DNA of 64,000 nucleotides from Veleropilina oligotropha (Eukaryota): NCBI GenBank assembly GCA_048128005.1, contig JBEUKZ010000104.1, positions 248,001 to 312,000 of the forward strand, read 5' to 3'. Shown piece by piece: positions 22,556 to 32,333 of this stretch (position 1 is its first letter; each line of letters starts with the position of its first letter). The notes under the pieces were generated by a model. It saw only the letters and a program-made list of their open reading frames with translations, ran no database searches and was not told where the DNA came from. The position numbers and the translations under genes were made by a program.

Positions 22556-23263
22556 ATGTTCCACACATTAACGAGTGTTCAAGAGGGGGCGGCGGTTGCC
22601 CTCCTGCAACCGATAGATAACCGGGACGGCAAGCTATGCGTCGTCCTGCGCTCGTTCGACTACTGGGTCGGCTGGCATAACGTGCACGCTGGAGCATTCT
22701 TCCAAACCCCCAATACCAAGGTGGAGGTGGCACCGGGTTTCTACAGCTTCGATGCCCTCGCCAAGACAATGAAGAGGTCGCTAGTTAACATACAGCTAGA
22801 TGTAAGCCGTGCTACCGGACTCGCGCAACTAGTTGTCCCAGAGGGGACTCGACTCGCGATCAGCGCCGATATACGGAAGCTCCTCGGCTTCACCCTTGCA
22901 GGGTGGTGGCTACTTATGACTTATGACAAGAACAAGCCCGCAGATGAGCCGCAATGGCTACCCCCCGGGACGTATGACGGGAACAAGCCTGTCGGGTTTG
23001 CCATCGCAGCGACCCAACATGTTCACCTGGAGCAGCTCAGTACAACACACAACGTGAAGGACGGCGCCCCTAGCAATATTCTCGCGGTGGTCCCCATAAC
23101 GTCGCAGATGCTCGGTGAAGCTGCCCACTATCATAGTTATCCAGACTTCCGGCGACTGCAGGCCGGCCTAATCACAGAGTTGAAGGTGTACGTCACAGAC
23201 CCAGATGGTAACCTGCTCGACAATCATGGTATGCCTATTTCCGCAGTCCTCGAGATACAATGA
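22556..23263 (+). CDS. Probable minor capsid (penton) protein, single jelly roll
   Basis: 235 aa from ATG 22556. GFYSFDAL, SNILAVVP and C-terminal ITELKVYVTDPDGNLLDNHGMPISAVLEI resemble Polinton/virophage penton signatures. Confidence 0.75.
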   Translation: MFHTLTSVQEGAAVALLQPIDNRDGKLCVVLRSFDYWVGWHNVHAGAFFQTPNTKVEVAPGFYSFDALAKTMKRSLVNIQLDVSRATGLAQLVVPEGTRLAISADIRKLLGFTLAGWWLLMTYDKNKPADEPQWLPPGTYDGNKPVGFAIAATQHVHLEQLSTTHNVKDGAPSNILAVVPITSQMLGEAAHYHSYPDFRRLQAGLITELKVYVTDPDGNLLDNHGMPISAVLEIQ

Positions 23264-23630
23264 GCACCAGCATCTATGGGACCCTCCCACTCCCCCCCTG
23301 CTTGCAGAAGAGGCTTCAGCGACTCAGTGGCACTTCGTTCTTAGTTGTGGGGAAGCACCCAAGAAGGGGCTGGCGAGGAGGGAGTTCACGATTCCAAACA
23401 CTGGAGGTCGGTTTGGGTTGAACCCAGCCCTGCTAATGATCCACCTGACGCCGGTCCAGCCGGCCGGGGGGGCTCCCAAAGCGTGTTCCATAAATAGCCT
23501 TGGCCTGGATTCGGACAAGTTGGCCCTCGCCTTCACCATCAAGGCCCCGTGGGTGGGCACCCTGTATTTGAACGTTACCGTAACGGTAGACATTCGGAAT
23601 CAACAGGCTGAACAATACAGCCACGTGTAA
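23260..23630 (+). CDS. Beta-rich hypothetical protein, probable frameshift near 23280
   Basis: ATG overlaps the penton stop (ATGA). MSTSIYG then shifts into the 23205-23630 frame (WHFVLSCG...LYLNVTVTVDI). Confidence 0.45.
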
Positions 23631-24262
23631 TGGACAACAAACCCTCAGCGCCAACACTGTACCCACAACTTGATGGCGATGTGCTTTCGGAAGTTCCGGA
23701 GGCAGATGCTTTCCGGCTACAGAAGGTGAATGAGCTTCAGGGACAGTTAGAAAGAGAGAGGGACACAAGGGATGCCCTGTACAAGAAATACCGATGAGGC
23801 GTTAATGTCGTTGACGGGATCGATTCGGCCCTTGTCGTGGCGACCCTTGGTATGGGTAGCGCCGGCATTGGTCTACTGTCCACGATCGTTGCGGCACCTG
23901 TGGTCCTAGTGCTGGAATTAGTGGCATTGGGGTGTGGGCTCGCAAGCATGGGGGGGAAATATATCAGCCGCCGCCTCCAAGTGAAGGCTAAGAAGCACAA
24001 CGAGATTCGAGCCCTGGCCGAAAGCAAGCTGAACACAATCAGCGACCACGTGTCTAAGGCCCTAGAGGATGGGGAGATGTCTGATGAAGAGTTCAAACTC
24101 GTCACAGACGAGATGGCAAAATATCGGACGATGAAGGCCACGGTTCGCCTCAAAAGTCTAAAGGTGCATACGGCGGTTTCACAGACCCAGAGCGAGCTCA
24201 TTGAGCGTGGTCGTAAAGAGGGATGCACGGAGCTGCTGAAAAAAATCGGGGCTGGCGACTAA
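23630..24262 (+). pseudogene. Two-TM coiled-coil protein with one in-frame TGA (23795-23797)
   Basis: TAATG stop/start overlap. MDNKPSAPTLYPQL..FRLQKVNEL..LYKKYR*GVNVVDG continues in frame into ORF 23837-24262 (hydrophobic hairpin, KAKKHNEI..SKLNTI). Confidence 0.75.
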
Positions 24263-24342
24263 CCATCCAGGTTGAGCGTGGGGTGGGGGACCCCCCTCCC
24301 CCATATTAAAGCTTGAACTGGACAGTGATATCTGGACAAGCC

Positions 24343-24771
24343 ATGAAATCCATGCTACTTCTGTGCATCGCCGCGGTGTGTTGGCTAGCGGGTGCCACCA
24401 CCCCCAGAGGGGGCACGTCGTCACGCAATACCGCATTAATTCTCGAACATACATGGGCTAGGTATCGCAACCATCCCAGGTATAACCCCCGATTTGATCC
24501 CCTGCGGAGAAACTTGCTACTATGCCTGGGAGACCCCCCTGATGTCTCCCCACCGTCGTGTCACTACTATGTTATCGGGGAGAATGACTGTGGCCCCCCC
24601 ACACCCCCAGATACTGTCACATGTGTCCAGTGTTCGGCCCCCTCCCTATGTCCTGGCATACGTGGGCAGTATTATACCATGCTGTCTGGCTGCTTCGGTG
24701 CGTGGAGAAAAATCGGACAGCAGCCGTTGTGCAATTGCACTTTAATATCGGGGAACTTCATATTTATCTAG
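24343..24771 (+). CDS. Secreted cysteine-rich protein (142 aa)
   Basis: gccATG start, signal-peptide-like MKSMLLLCIAAVCWLAGA, and nine further Cys. Confidence 0.65.
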   Translation: MKSMLLLCIAAVCWLAGATTPRGGTSSRNTALILEHTWARYRNHPRYNPRFDPLRRNLLLCLGDPPDVSPPSCHYYVIGENDCGPPTPPDTVTCVQCSAPSLCPGIRGQYYTMLSGCFGAWRKIGQQPLCNCTLISGNFIFI

Positions 24772-25234
24772 ACTGCTGCAATCTCGGGGATTCCCTGCCT
24801 TGAAACATATTTTTCAGGCTTTCCCAGTGTATATTAATACCCGCTTTATGAATGAATACAGTCGTTAAAATCAGGACAAGCTATATCCGTGTCTTTACAA
24901 ATACCTCGCATTGTCTGCGTTGAATGCCTCGCCCGCGATCAATGGTATTGTTTAATTTTGCATCCGGGTTGCATTTATTCTTAGCCCGTTCAGCCGTCTA
25001 CTGCTGTCGCTGACTCAGATAAAAAAGATTGGTCCAGATAAAAATATTTTGTCCAGAAACGGGTCACCGATCCAGTTAAAAAGTTTTGGTCCAGATGTAA
25101 ACAAGCGGACAATTCATTCTCTAAATGGAAATTTTACATGTAACAATGAGACAGCAATACAAATTCTACATGTCACAATGAGTTGGCAATAAAGGGTTAT
25201 ATAAAGACAAACATGAGAGCACACACCGACATTG

Positions 25235-25633
25235 ATGGATACACTATCAACAGCAATGTCTGGTTTGGGGATGTCACGAAAGCGTAATTTTGTTGAGTCA
25301 TTTCTCGATAAACAAGCAACCGAGTCGAGTGGGGTATCTAAGAAATCCACGAGACTCGAACTGGCTAGAGCCAAAAACCGCAGGGACACTGCGCACCAAA
25401 ATATGGTAAAAACTGAAGAGAGGATAACGAAGATGATGGAGAGACTACGAGAACAAGAAACTTCCTATGAGGCCTCCAAAGATGATATCCGTAGATTACA
25501 AGGCCTCTGGAGGGGGATTAGTGATATTCATTTTCGGCTGTTAATACGCACCTCTCAGGCCTATGGTGTCCAGCTGCGGGAGCATAACATACAACGCCGC
25601 CCGATACATTGCAGACATCATCGGTCCGCTTGA
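25235..25633 (+). CDS. Basic coiled-coil hypothetical protein
   Basis: ATG at 25235 lies ~37 bp downstream of TATATAAAG (25198-25206); contains RKR and a charged heptad-like segment. Confidence 0.5.
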   Translation: MDTLSTAMSGLGMSRKRNFVESFLDKQATESSGVSKKSTRLELARAKNRRDTAHQNMVKTEERITKMMERLREQETSYEASKDDIRRLQGLWRGISDIHFRLLIRTSQAYGVQLREHNIQRRPIHCRHHRSA

Positions 25634-25983
25634 GGGGAAGACAAAATACAGCGTATAAAACAGCAAGGCACTCGTCGACCGTCTCAAAGACCTCGTCGTT
25701 CCACCCGGACAGAAGCTCGTCTCATCCAGTCTCATGACGGTGAATTAGCTACTTTTTCCTGTTATACGGCGAACTATCACGTCTAGGCATCCGACCGACA
25801 AGGTCGGAAGCAATTAATGCCTACCAGGTATTCTGATGAGGCCTTATAGGCCGAAATGGCCATAGGTAAGTGTTTTAATTTAACCCCCTGGGCCGGCGAG
25901 GGTTGTGGGCCGTCCCTACGGGCTCTTACTACCAGCTCAGTTCAAACGGGCTCTTACTACATACTACACCACCTCAGTTCTGA

Positions 25984-26121
25984 ACACACGGTGACTTTTT
26001 GTAATACAAGCCCTACCCTGGGGTCTGAAATAGGGCTGGGAGCCTCCCCGGCGGCCGTGGGCCCCTAGTCTAAACTGCCTTAGGGGCTCGTACTACACCA
26101 CCTCAGTTCTGAACAGGTGCT
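25984..26121 (-). repeat. Right terminal inverted repeat (138 bp)
   Basis: Reverse complement of 10034-10171. Extended by 3 nt it reads AGTAGC from the outside. Confidence 0.95.
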
Positions 26122-26949
26122 ACTTTATTTAATAAATTATTTTTTGGGGTTGAGTTGAGTATATAATTATATGATGGATACAATTATAAACTCTTTTTGT
26201 TAATGATGGTATGTTCGTCCCCTTGAGACAGCTAGCTACTAATAGTTGTACATTTTATATTTACCTAAGTCTAATGTCTGCCTGTTCATTTAAAAATTGA
26301 TATAAGGCCTATTCTCTTTATATATTATACGCAAACGTATGCTGTCATATCATATAAACTATACAGAATGGTATTATTTATTTATAGTTTTATTGCTGAA
26401 GTTCTTGGGGCATTTTCTGATGAGAAATAAGGACATAAAGGTCGCAAATATCTATTGATAAACGCAACAGAGATCGATATGACAAAGGCCATGCACTGAA
26501 TTAAGTGTGTGCAGACGAGACAACATTAATTATTGGTGAAAGGCACCGATGCTGGACTTATATTTGTATAAGGTTTGGTTGTTGTCAATGATTAACGATA
26601 TATATATTTACGTGTCCATATTATCGTGGAAGGAAATCCCTGTCGGCCTGGAAAAGCAGCCCCTTCCGGACATTTATGAACATCTATGACTGTTAAATGA
26701 ACAAAGAATTCCATTGCCCCAGCCGAGGTTCGAACATCGACATGTTAGACAGAGCAGTCAGACCAGTGAATGATGTTTTGGCTGTAATAGAACGAGCTAA
26801 TTATGCAGCTAAATTAAATCGAACCCATGGACCAGAGTCAATTACCGTGGCATTCATTATTTTCAGGAAACGCATGTATTGGCAACAAAAGAATGATAAT
26901 ATTCATTGATTATCAGTAGTATGTGGGCGTCTCCGATACCAAAACAGGG

Positions 26950-27560
26950 GCGATAACCCTGTCCCCGGGGGTGGGGATTTTGGGGTGTGTCTGCCGTACC
27001 CCCGGGATGGCCCCACCCTGTTTAACCCTAGGTTTTGACGTTTAACCCCAGGTTTTCCCTCTTTAACCCAAGGTTTTGGGCGTTTCCCCGGGGGTGTGGG
27101 GCATACCCCCCGGGTACTCCACCCTGTTCCGGGGGTGGGGGCCAGTATAACCCTATGTTTTCGCCGTTTAACTCTATGTTTTCACTGTTGGGCGTTTCCC
27201 CGGGGGGTGGGGGTATGGGGGCATACCCCCGGGCGACTCCACCCCAGATCCGGGGGTGTGGGGCAGTATAACCCTATGTTTTTGCCATTTAACTCTATGT
27301 TTTCACTGTTGGGCGTTTCCCCGGGGTATGGGGGGTGGGGGCATACCCCCCCCGGGTACTCCACCCTGTTCCGGGGGTGTGGGGCAGTATAACCCTATGT
27401 TTTCGCCGTTTAACTCTATGTTTTCACCGTTTAACCCAAGGTTTTCCCTGTTAGTTTTGTGCATTTCCCCGGGGGTGGGGTTTTGTCAGGGGTGGGGGCA
27501 TACCCCCGGGCGACCCAACCCTGTTCCCGGGCAGGGGGTAGGTATAACCGTAGGTTTCCA
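26950..27560 (+). repeat. GC-rich subterminal tandem units (~120 bp), mirrored at ~34520-35135
   Basis: Repeated gggcatacccccc..ggg...cagtataaccctatgttttcgccgtttaactctatgttttcac. Confidence 0.85.
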
Positions 27561-28599
27561 TTGAAGTAACCCAGTGCAAGTTATTTAATCACTACCGTTA
27601 TCATTAGTATATATATATATATATTTTAATGTCAAACAGTTAGAATCTGATGTATTTATTATGCTAGAGAAAAATTAGAATTTATTATCAGATTGAACCG
27701 ACAATCTAGTTATGTACACACTGAACTCTGTTCATATGTTAGTTGTTTATTGACAGCTTTAAATATCAACCCTCCCCGTGTTTGTACTGTTAAGTTTTTA
27801 TTCAAATGTATTTTCCAATGCTATAGACATTGGCGAGTCATATTGGACGACTGTTATTGAGCCGAATTGTTGTGTTACCGCCGTCATGTGACTTGTTTGT
27901 TGTATTTCCCTGACGTGCAGGCCTTTGTTCGGAATAAGCGATTAAAATCAACTTATAAGTAAGTATATACGGTGAAATTCAACAGATAATGTCATTTGAA
28001 TACGAAATATACGTTTAATGATGGCATAACATCGAATTATCAGTGGAAACTTACTATCGATCGCGTATTAGGCCTAGGCTATATGGTTTGTTGCTATATT
28101 TAGCGAATACTCAATAATAACAGAATGGTATGTAGATAAATAAATAGCGATGAGATTCAACAGAAATAATGTCATTTGAAAACGAAATATACTTATAATG
28201 ATGGTATAACGAAGAATTATTAGTTAATTATTAGCAATTATGATTAATTCTCAACGCTAATATATGACAAGTACTTGTATCATAACATACAGTATTAAAA
28301 CCAGCTCTCAGTCTGTCATATTAACTGAATTGCCGCTTATATATATATATATATAGTTTCTTGTAACTATTTATAGATTATGACTAATCAGTCATTACTG
28401 AGATTTCAGCTGATTGTGTAATCCCTTTTCGGGTAAAGCCGGGAATTTCCGTAATCCCTGCATTCTTGCACTCATTCGTTATTTTTTAAGAAAATTCAGA
28501 TATCAGCCTAAATGTTTTCATATAATGATAAATAAATAGTAAATACCCGGACATATTAACCAAAACGGGAGGGGAATAGATCTATGATTGATCCGTTTA

Positions 28600-29150
28600 A
28601 CATTTCCATTTGATCAGACGAATTATTGGGTGGATAACTGTGATCTAACCAAGTGTTATTATCCCTATATGAATAACATATAGTGTTAGGTAGCGAGGTA
28701 ATATTTATTACATTGCCACATATGAAGCATATTATTATATATATATACCCGACTGTTTAACGTCTCTATTTGATCAGCCTAATTAGGGGGAGATAACTGT
28801 GTACGGTTTCTATTACTCCTTATTTGAAGCTTATATGCTGTTAGCTAGGGAGGTAATATTTATTACATTGCCACATATGAAGCATATTATTATATATATA
28901 TATACCCGACTGTTTAACGCCTCTATTTGATCGGACGAATTATGGGGGAGATAACTGTGTACGTTTTCTATTACACCTATATGAATGACATATACTGGTA
29001 GTTAGCGAGGTTATATTTATTACATAGCCACGTGTGAAGCATATTATTATATATATCCATCCGATTAACGTCTCTATTTTATTGAACGAATTATGGGGGA
29101 GGCAACTGTGTTCAGTTTCTATTATCCACATATGAATAACATATACTGAT
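28600..29150. repeat. Imperfect AT-rich tandem units (~150 bp), mirrored at ~32930-33480
   Basis: gataactgtg...gaggtaatatttattacattgccacatatgaagcatattatta recurs about four times. Confidence 0.75.
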
Positions 29151-29287
29151 AATTATATTTTTCATTGCAGTTTGTGATGCATTTATTTCATATCGGACTG
29201 TTTAACATATCCATTTTATCAGATGAACACAAGGTTTACGGTATATCTGACCGATATATTTCATCTATTATTTTAAGCGGAAGCATA

Positions 29288-29369
29288 TGCCGCCGGCTGG
29301 CCTCGAACCTGAGCCATCCTGGCTGCCTCGGTTGAGTGTCTGATTCGCTAACCACTCGCCCACCGATGC
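29288..29369 (-). ncRNA. tRNA-like Pol III unit (left arm copy)
   Basis: Reverse complement of 32710-32791. Confidence 0.45.
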
Positions 29370-29589
29370 AGTTATGTGATTATGATTAGATGAACTATAT
29401 AAGTGTTATATAGTGATTTTTTCACCAAACAATTATATATTTACATTGGCAGGTCATTGTTCATGCTGAAGGTTCATAACGCATCTGATCATATTGTCGT
29501 CAACTGATTATTTATACGTCCGTGATGTTACTATATATAGTCACATTGTTACTATAAATAGCCTGTGGGTTTTTTCCATCATTACATGA

Positions 29590-29703
29590 CCGGAAGTGAT
29601 CGCTGATTGGCTGTTGAAACAGAGAGGAAGGCTGTGATTGGCTGTTGCCATCGCTCGATAAGAGGCGCTCGCTGATTGGTTAATCTGGTAGCTGCTTTAA
29701 ATA
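29590..29703 (+). promoter_or_regulatory. Putative Pol II promoter facing the palindrome centre (mirror at 32377-32490, minus strand)
   Basis: ETS-like CCGGAAGT (29590), three reverse CCAAT boxes GATTGG (29605, 29636, 29674) and TATA-like TTTAAATA (29696). Confidence 0.5.
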
Positions 29704-29746
29704 CATTGAATCATATGTTCACATATACTATTCATAGTGATTAGTT

Positions 29747-30547
29747 TTACCGCATGACATTTCTAATAACTGGATCATTTGTCTGTGCGAGCCTCGTTTT
29801 CGATTTTTCATTGAAATAATCTCTCTCAAATACATTTGATCGAATTCGATTCATTTCAGACGTATGCACTTTAAAATCCAGCAGTATATAGCCATAGGGT
29901 TCTTTCGTTGCATCTTCAAATTGCTTCATGAGTTTGTCTGGACTTCCAGGATACATTTGTCTTGCCAGGGTCATAACAAGTTGCTTGTCAACAGGACTAT
30001 TGAATAATATCAAGTATTGACAATTTCTTCGCTGCGCGTGGTCTTTAGAGTGATACAAGTTTTGATTAATAGCTATAACTGAGAGATTTCTATGATGACT
30101 GCCTTCTGTGAATAGATCGGTGATGCTTTCATCTTTACTTGTCATGAGGTCATCCAGTACAATAACATTTCTTATTCTTGAATCTAAGAATTCATCATTG
30201 GCAAGGTCTGGTGGAATTCCTTGCATAAATTCAACAGAAATACTAGTTTTGACGACATCATACAGTGGCTGCCATCTTTTGTATAACCAAATAATTCTTT
30301 GTGGTGCAGGAGAGATACGGGCATGAAGTAAAATATTTTTAACTAAGTAAGTCTTTCCAGATGATGTCGCAATGACATGTTTTTGGCTGAAATGTGGTGG
30401 TGGTGGTGGTGGTGGTGGCGGCGGCGGCGGTGGTGGTGGTGGGGGCGTTGGCGGATAAATGGTCGCAATGACATGTTTTGGGCTGAAATGTCTCCGCAAT
30501 GCATCTCGTCTAGAAAATGTTTTGAGGCAATCAATACACTTATGCAT
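29747..30547 (-). CDS. Chimeric C2H2 zinc finger - poly-Pro - Polinton packaging ATPase with an incomplete Walker A
   Basis: HKCIDCLKTFSRRDALRRHFSPKH, a long Pro run, then SSGKT, IVLDDLM, LFTEGSHHRNLSV, QNLY and PYGYILLD. Confidence 0.75.
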   Translation of the reverse strand: MHKCIDCLKTFSRRDALRRHFSPKHVIATIYPPTPPPPPPPPPPPPPPPPPHFSQKHVIATSSGKTYLVKNILLHARISPAPQRIIWLYKRWQPLYDVVKTSISVEFMQGIPPDLANDEFLDSRIRNVIVLDDLMTSKDESITDLFTEGSHHRNLSVIAINQNLYHSKDHAQRRNCQYLILFNSPVDKQLVMTLARQMYPGSPDKLMKQFEDATKEPYGYILLDFKVHTSEMNRIRSNVFERDYFNEKSKTRLAQTNDPVIRNVMR

Positions 30548-30598
30548 AGCTTCCTGGAGGTCCAGAAAAAAGACTTCCAATTACAAACTTCTTTTGTG

Positions 30599-30973
30599 GG
30601 TCAACCCTAACCCTAAGTGGGTCAACCCTAACCCTAAGTAAAGTAGGTCACCCTAACCCTAACCCTAAGTGGGTCAACCCTAACCCTAAGTGGGTCAACC
30701 CTAACCCTAAGTAAAGTAGGTCACCCTAACCCTAACCCTAAGTGGGTCAACCCTAACACCCCTAACCCTAAGTGGGTCAACCCTAACCCTAAGTAAAGTA
30801 GGTCACCCTAACCCTAAGTGGGTCAACCCTAACCCTAAGTAAAGTAGGTCACCCTAACCCTAAGTGGGTCAACCCTAACCCTAAGTGGGTCAACCCTAAC
30901 CCTAAGTAAAGTAGGTCACCGTAACCCTAAGTGGGTCAACCCTAACCCTAAGTGGGTCAACCCTAACCCTAGG
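30599..30973 (+). repeat. Telomere-like array: CCCTAA doublets/triplets with gtgggtcaa and gtaaagtaggtca spacers
   Basis: Directly visible in the sequence. Confidence 0.95.
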
Positions 30974-31005
30974 GGAAATGTCCAAAACCTAGGGTTAGGG
31001 TCATG

Positions 31006-31052
31006 TCCAGTGTCAGTCAGAGAAGCTGACACTGGAGCCAGTGAAGCTGGCT
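31006..31052. other. Palindrome axis: two small hairpin ears
   Basis: tccagtgtcag-9nt-ctgacactgga (31006-31036) and gccag-tgaag-ctggc (31037-31051) lie between the arm ends tcatg and catga. Confidence 0.85.
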
Positions 31053-31084
31053 CATGATCCTAACCCTAGGTTTTGGACATTTCC

Positions 31085-31483
31085 CCTAGGGTTAGGGTTG
31101 ACCCACTTAGGGTTAGGGTTGACCCACTTAGGGTTAGGGTGACCTACTTTACTTAGGGTTAGGGTTGACCCACTTAGGGTTAGGGTTTACCCACTTAGGG
31201 TTAGGGTGACCTACTTTACTTAGGGTTAGGGTTGACCCACTTAGGGTTAGGGTTGACCCACTTAGGGTTAGGGTGACCTACTTTACTTAGGGTTAGGGTT
31301 GACCCACTTAGGGTTAGGGGTGTTAGGGTTGACCCACTTAGGGTTAGGGTTAGGATGACCTACTTTACTTAGGGTTAGGGTTGACCCACTTAGGGTTAGG
31401 GTTGACCCACTTAGGGTTAGGGTTAGGGTGACCTACTTTACTTAGGGTTAGGGTTGACCCACTTAGGGTTAGGGTTGACCCAC
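31085..31483 (+). repeat. Mirror telomere-like array (TTAGGG units with spacers)
   Basis: Reverse complement of 30599-30973 with small differences in unit number. Confidence 0.95.
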
Positions 31484-31531
31484 AAAAGAAGTTTGTAATT
31501 GGAAGTCTTTTTTCTGGACCTCCAGGAAGCT

Positions 31532-32333
31532 ATGCATAAGTGTATTGATTGCCTCAAAACATTTTCTAGACGAGATGCATTGCGGAGACATTTCAGCCCA
31601 AAACATGTCATTGCGACCATTTATCCGCCAACCACCACCGCCGCCGCCGCCGCCGCCACCACCACCACCACCACCACCACCACCACATTTCAGCCAAAAA
31701 CATGTCATTGCGACATCATCTGGAAAGACTTACTTAGTTAAAAATATTTTACTTCATGCCCGTATCTCTCCTGCACCACAAAGAATTATTTGGTTATACA
31801 AAAGATGGCAGCCACTGTATGATGTCGTCAAAACTAGTATTTCTGTTGAATTTATGCAAGGAATTCCACCAGACCTTGCCAATGATGAATTCTTTGATTC
31901 AAGAATAAGAAATGTTATTGTACTGGATGACCTCATGACAAGTAAAGATGAAAGCATCACCGATCTATTCACAGAAGGCAGTCATCATAGAAATCTCTCA
32001 GTTATAGCTATTAATCAAAACTTGTATCACTCTAAAGACCACGCGCAGCGAAGAAATTGTCAATACTTGATATTATTCAATAGTCCTGTTGACAAGCAAC
32101 TTGTTATGACCCTGGCAAGACAAATGTATCCTGGAAGTCCAGACAAACTCATGAAGCAATTTGAAGATGCAACGAAAGAACCCTATGGCTATATACTGCT
32201 GGATTTTAAAGTGCATACGTCTGAAATGAATCGAATTCGATCAAATGTATTTGAGAGAGATTATTTCAATGAAAAATCGAAAACGAGGCTCGCACAGACA
32301 AATGATCCAGTTATTAGAAATGTCATGCGGTAA
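31532..32333 (+). pseudogene. Right-arm copy of the ZnF-polyPro-ATPase, frameshifted at the start of the CCA/CCG run
   Basis: The ZnF is in frame 31499-31741 and the ATPase in frame 31545-32333. The ATPase differs from the left copy at DEFFDS vs DEFLDS. Confidence 0.75.

Larger units (their letters stand above)
10034..26121. mobile_element. Endogenous Polinton/Maverick-like (adintovirus-like) dsDNA virus, ~16.1 kb
   Basis: Abrupt shift to GC-rich, gene-dense, intronless sequence with 138-bp TIRs. Contains integrase, packaging ATPase, capsid-like and polymerase-helicase genes. Confidence 0.92.

Noticed and set aside
30599..31483. Telomere-telomere fusion site or true telomere
   Set aside because: The polarity is CCCTAA then TTAGGG, the units are interrupted by fixed spacers, and the array lies inside a TSD-flanked element.
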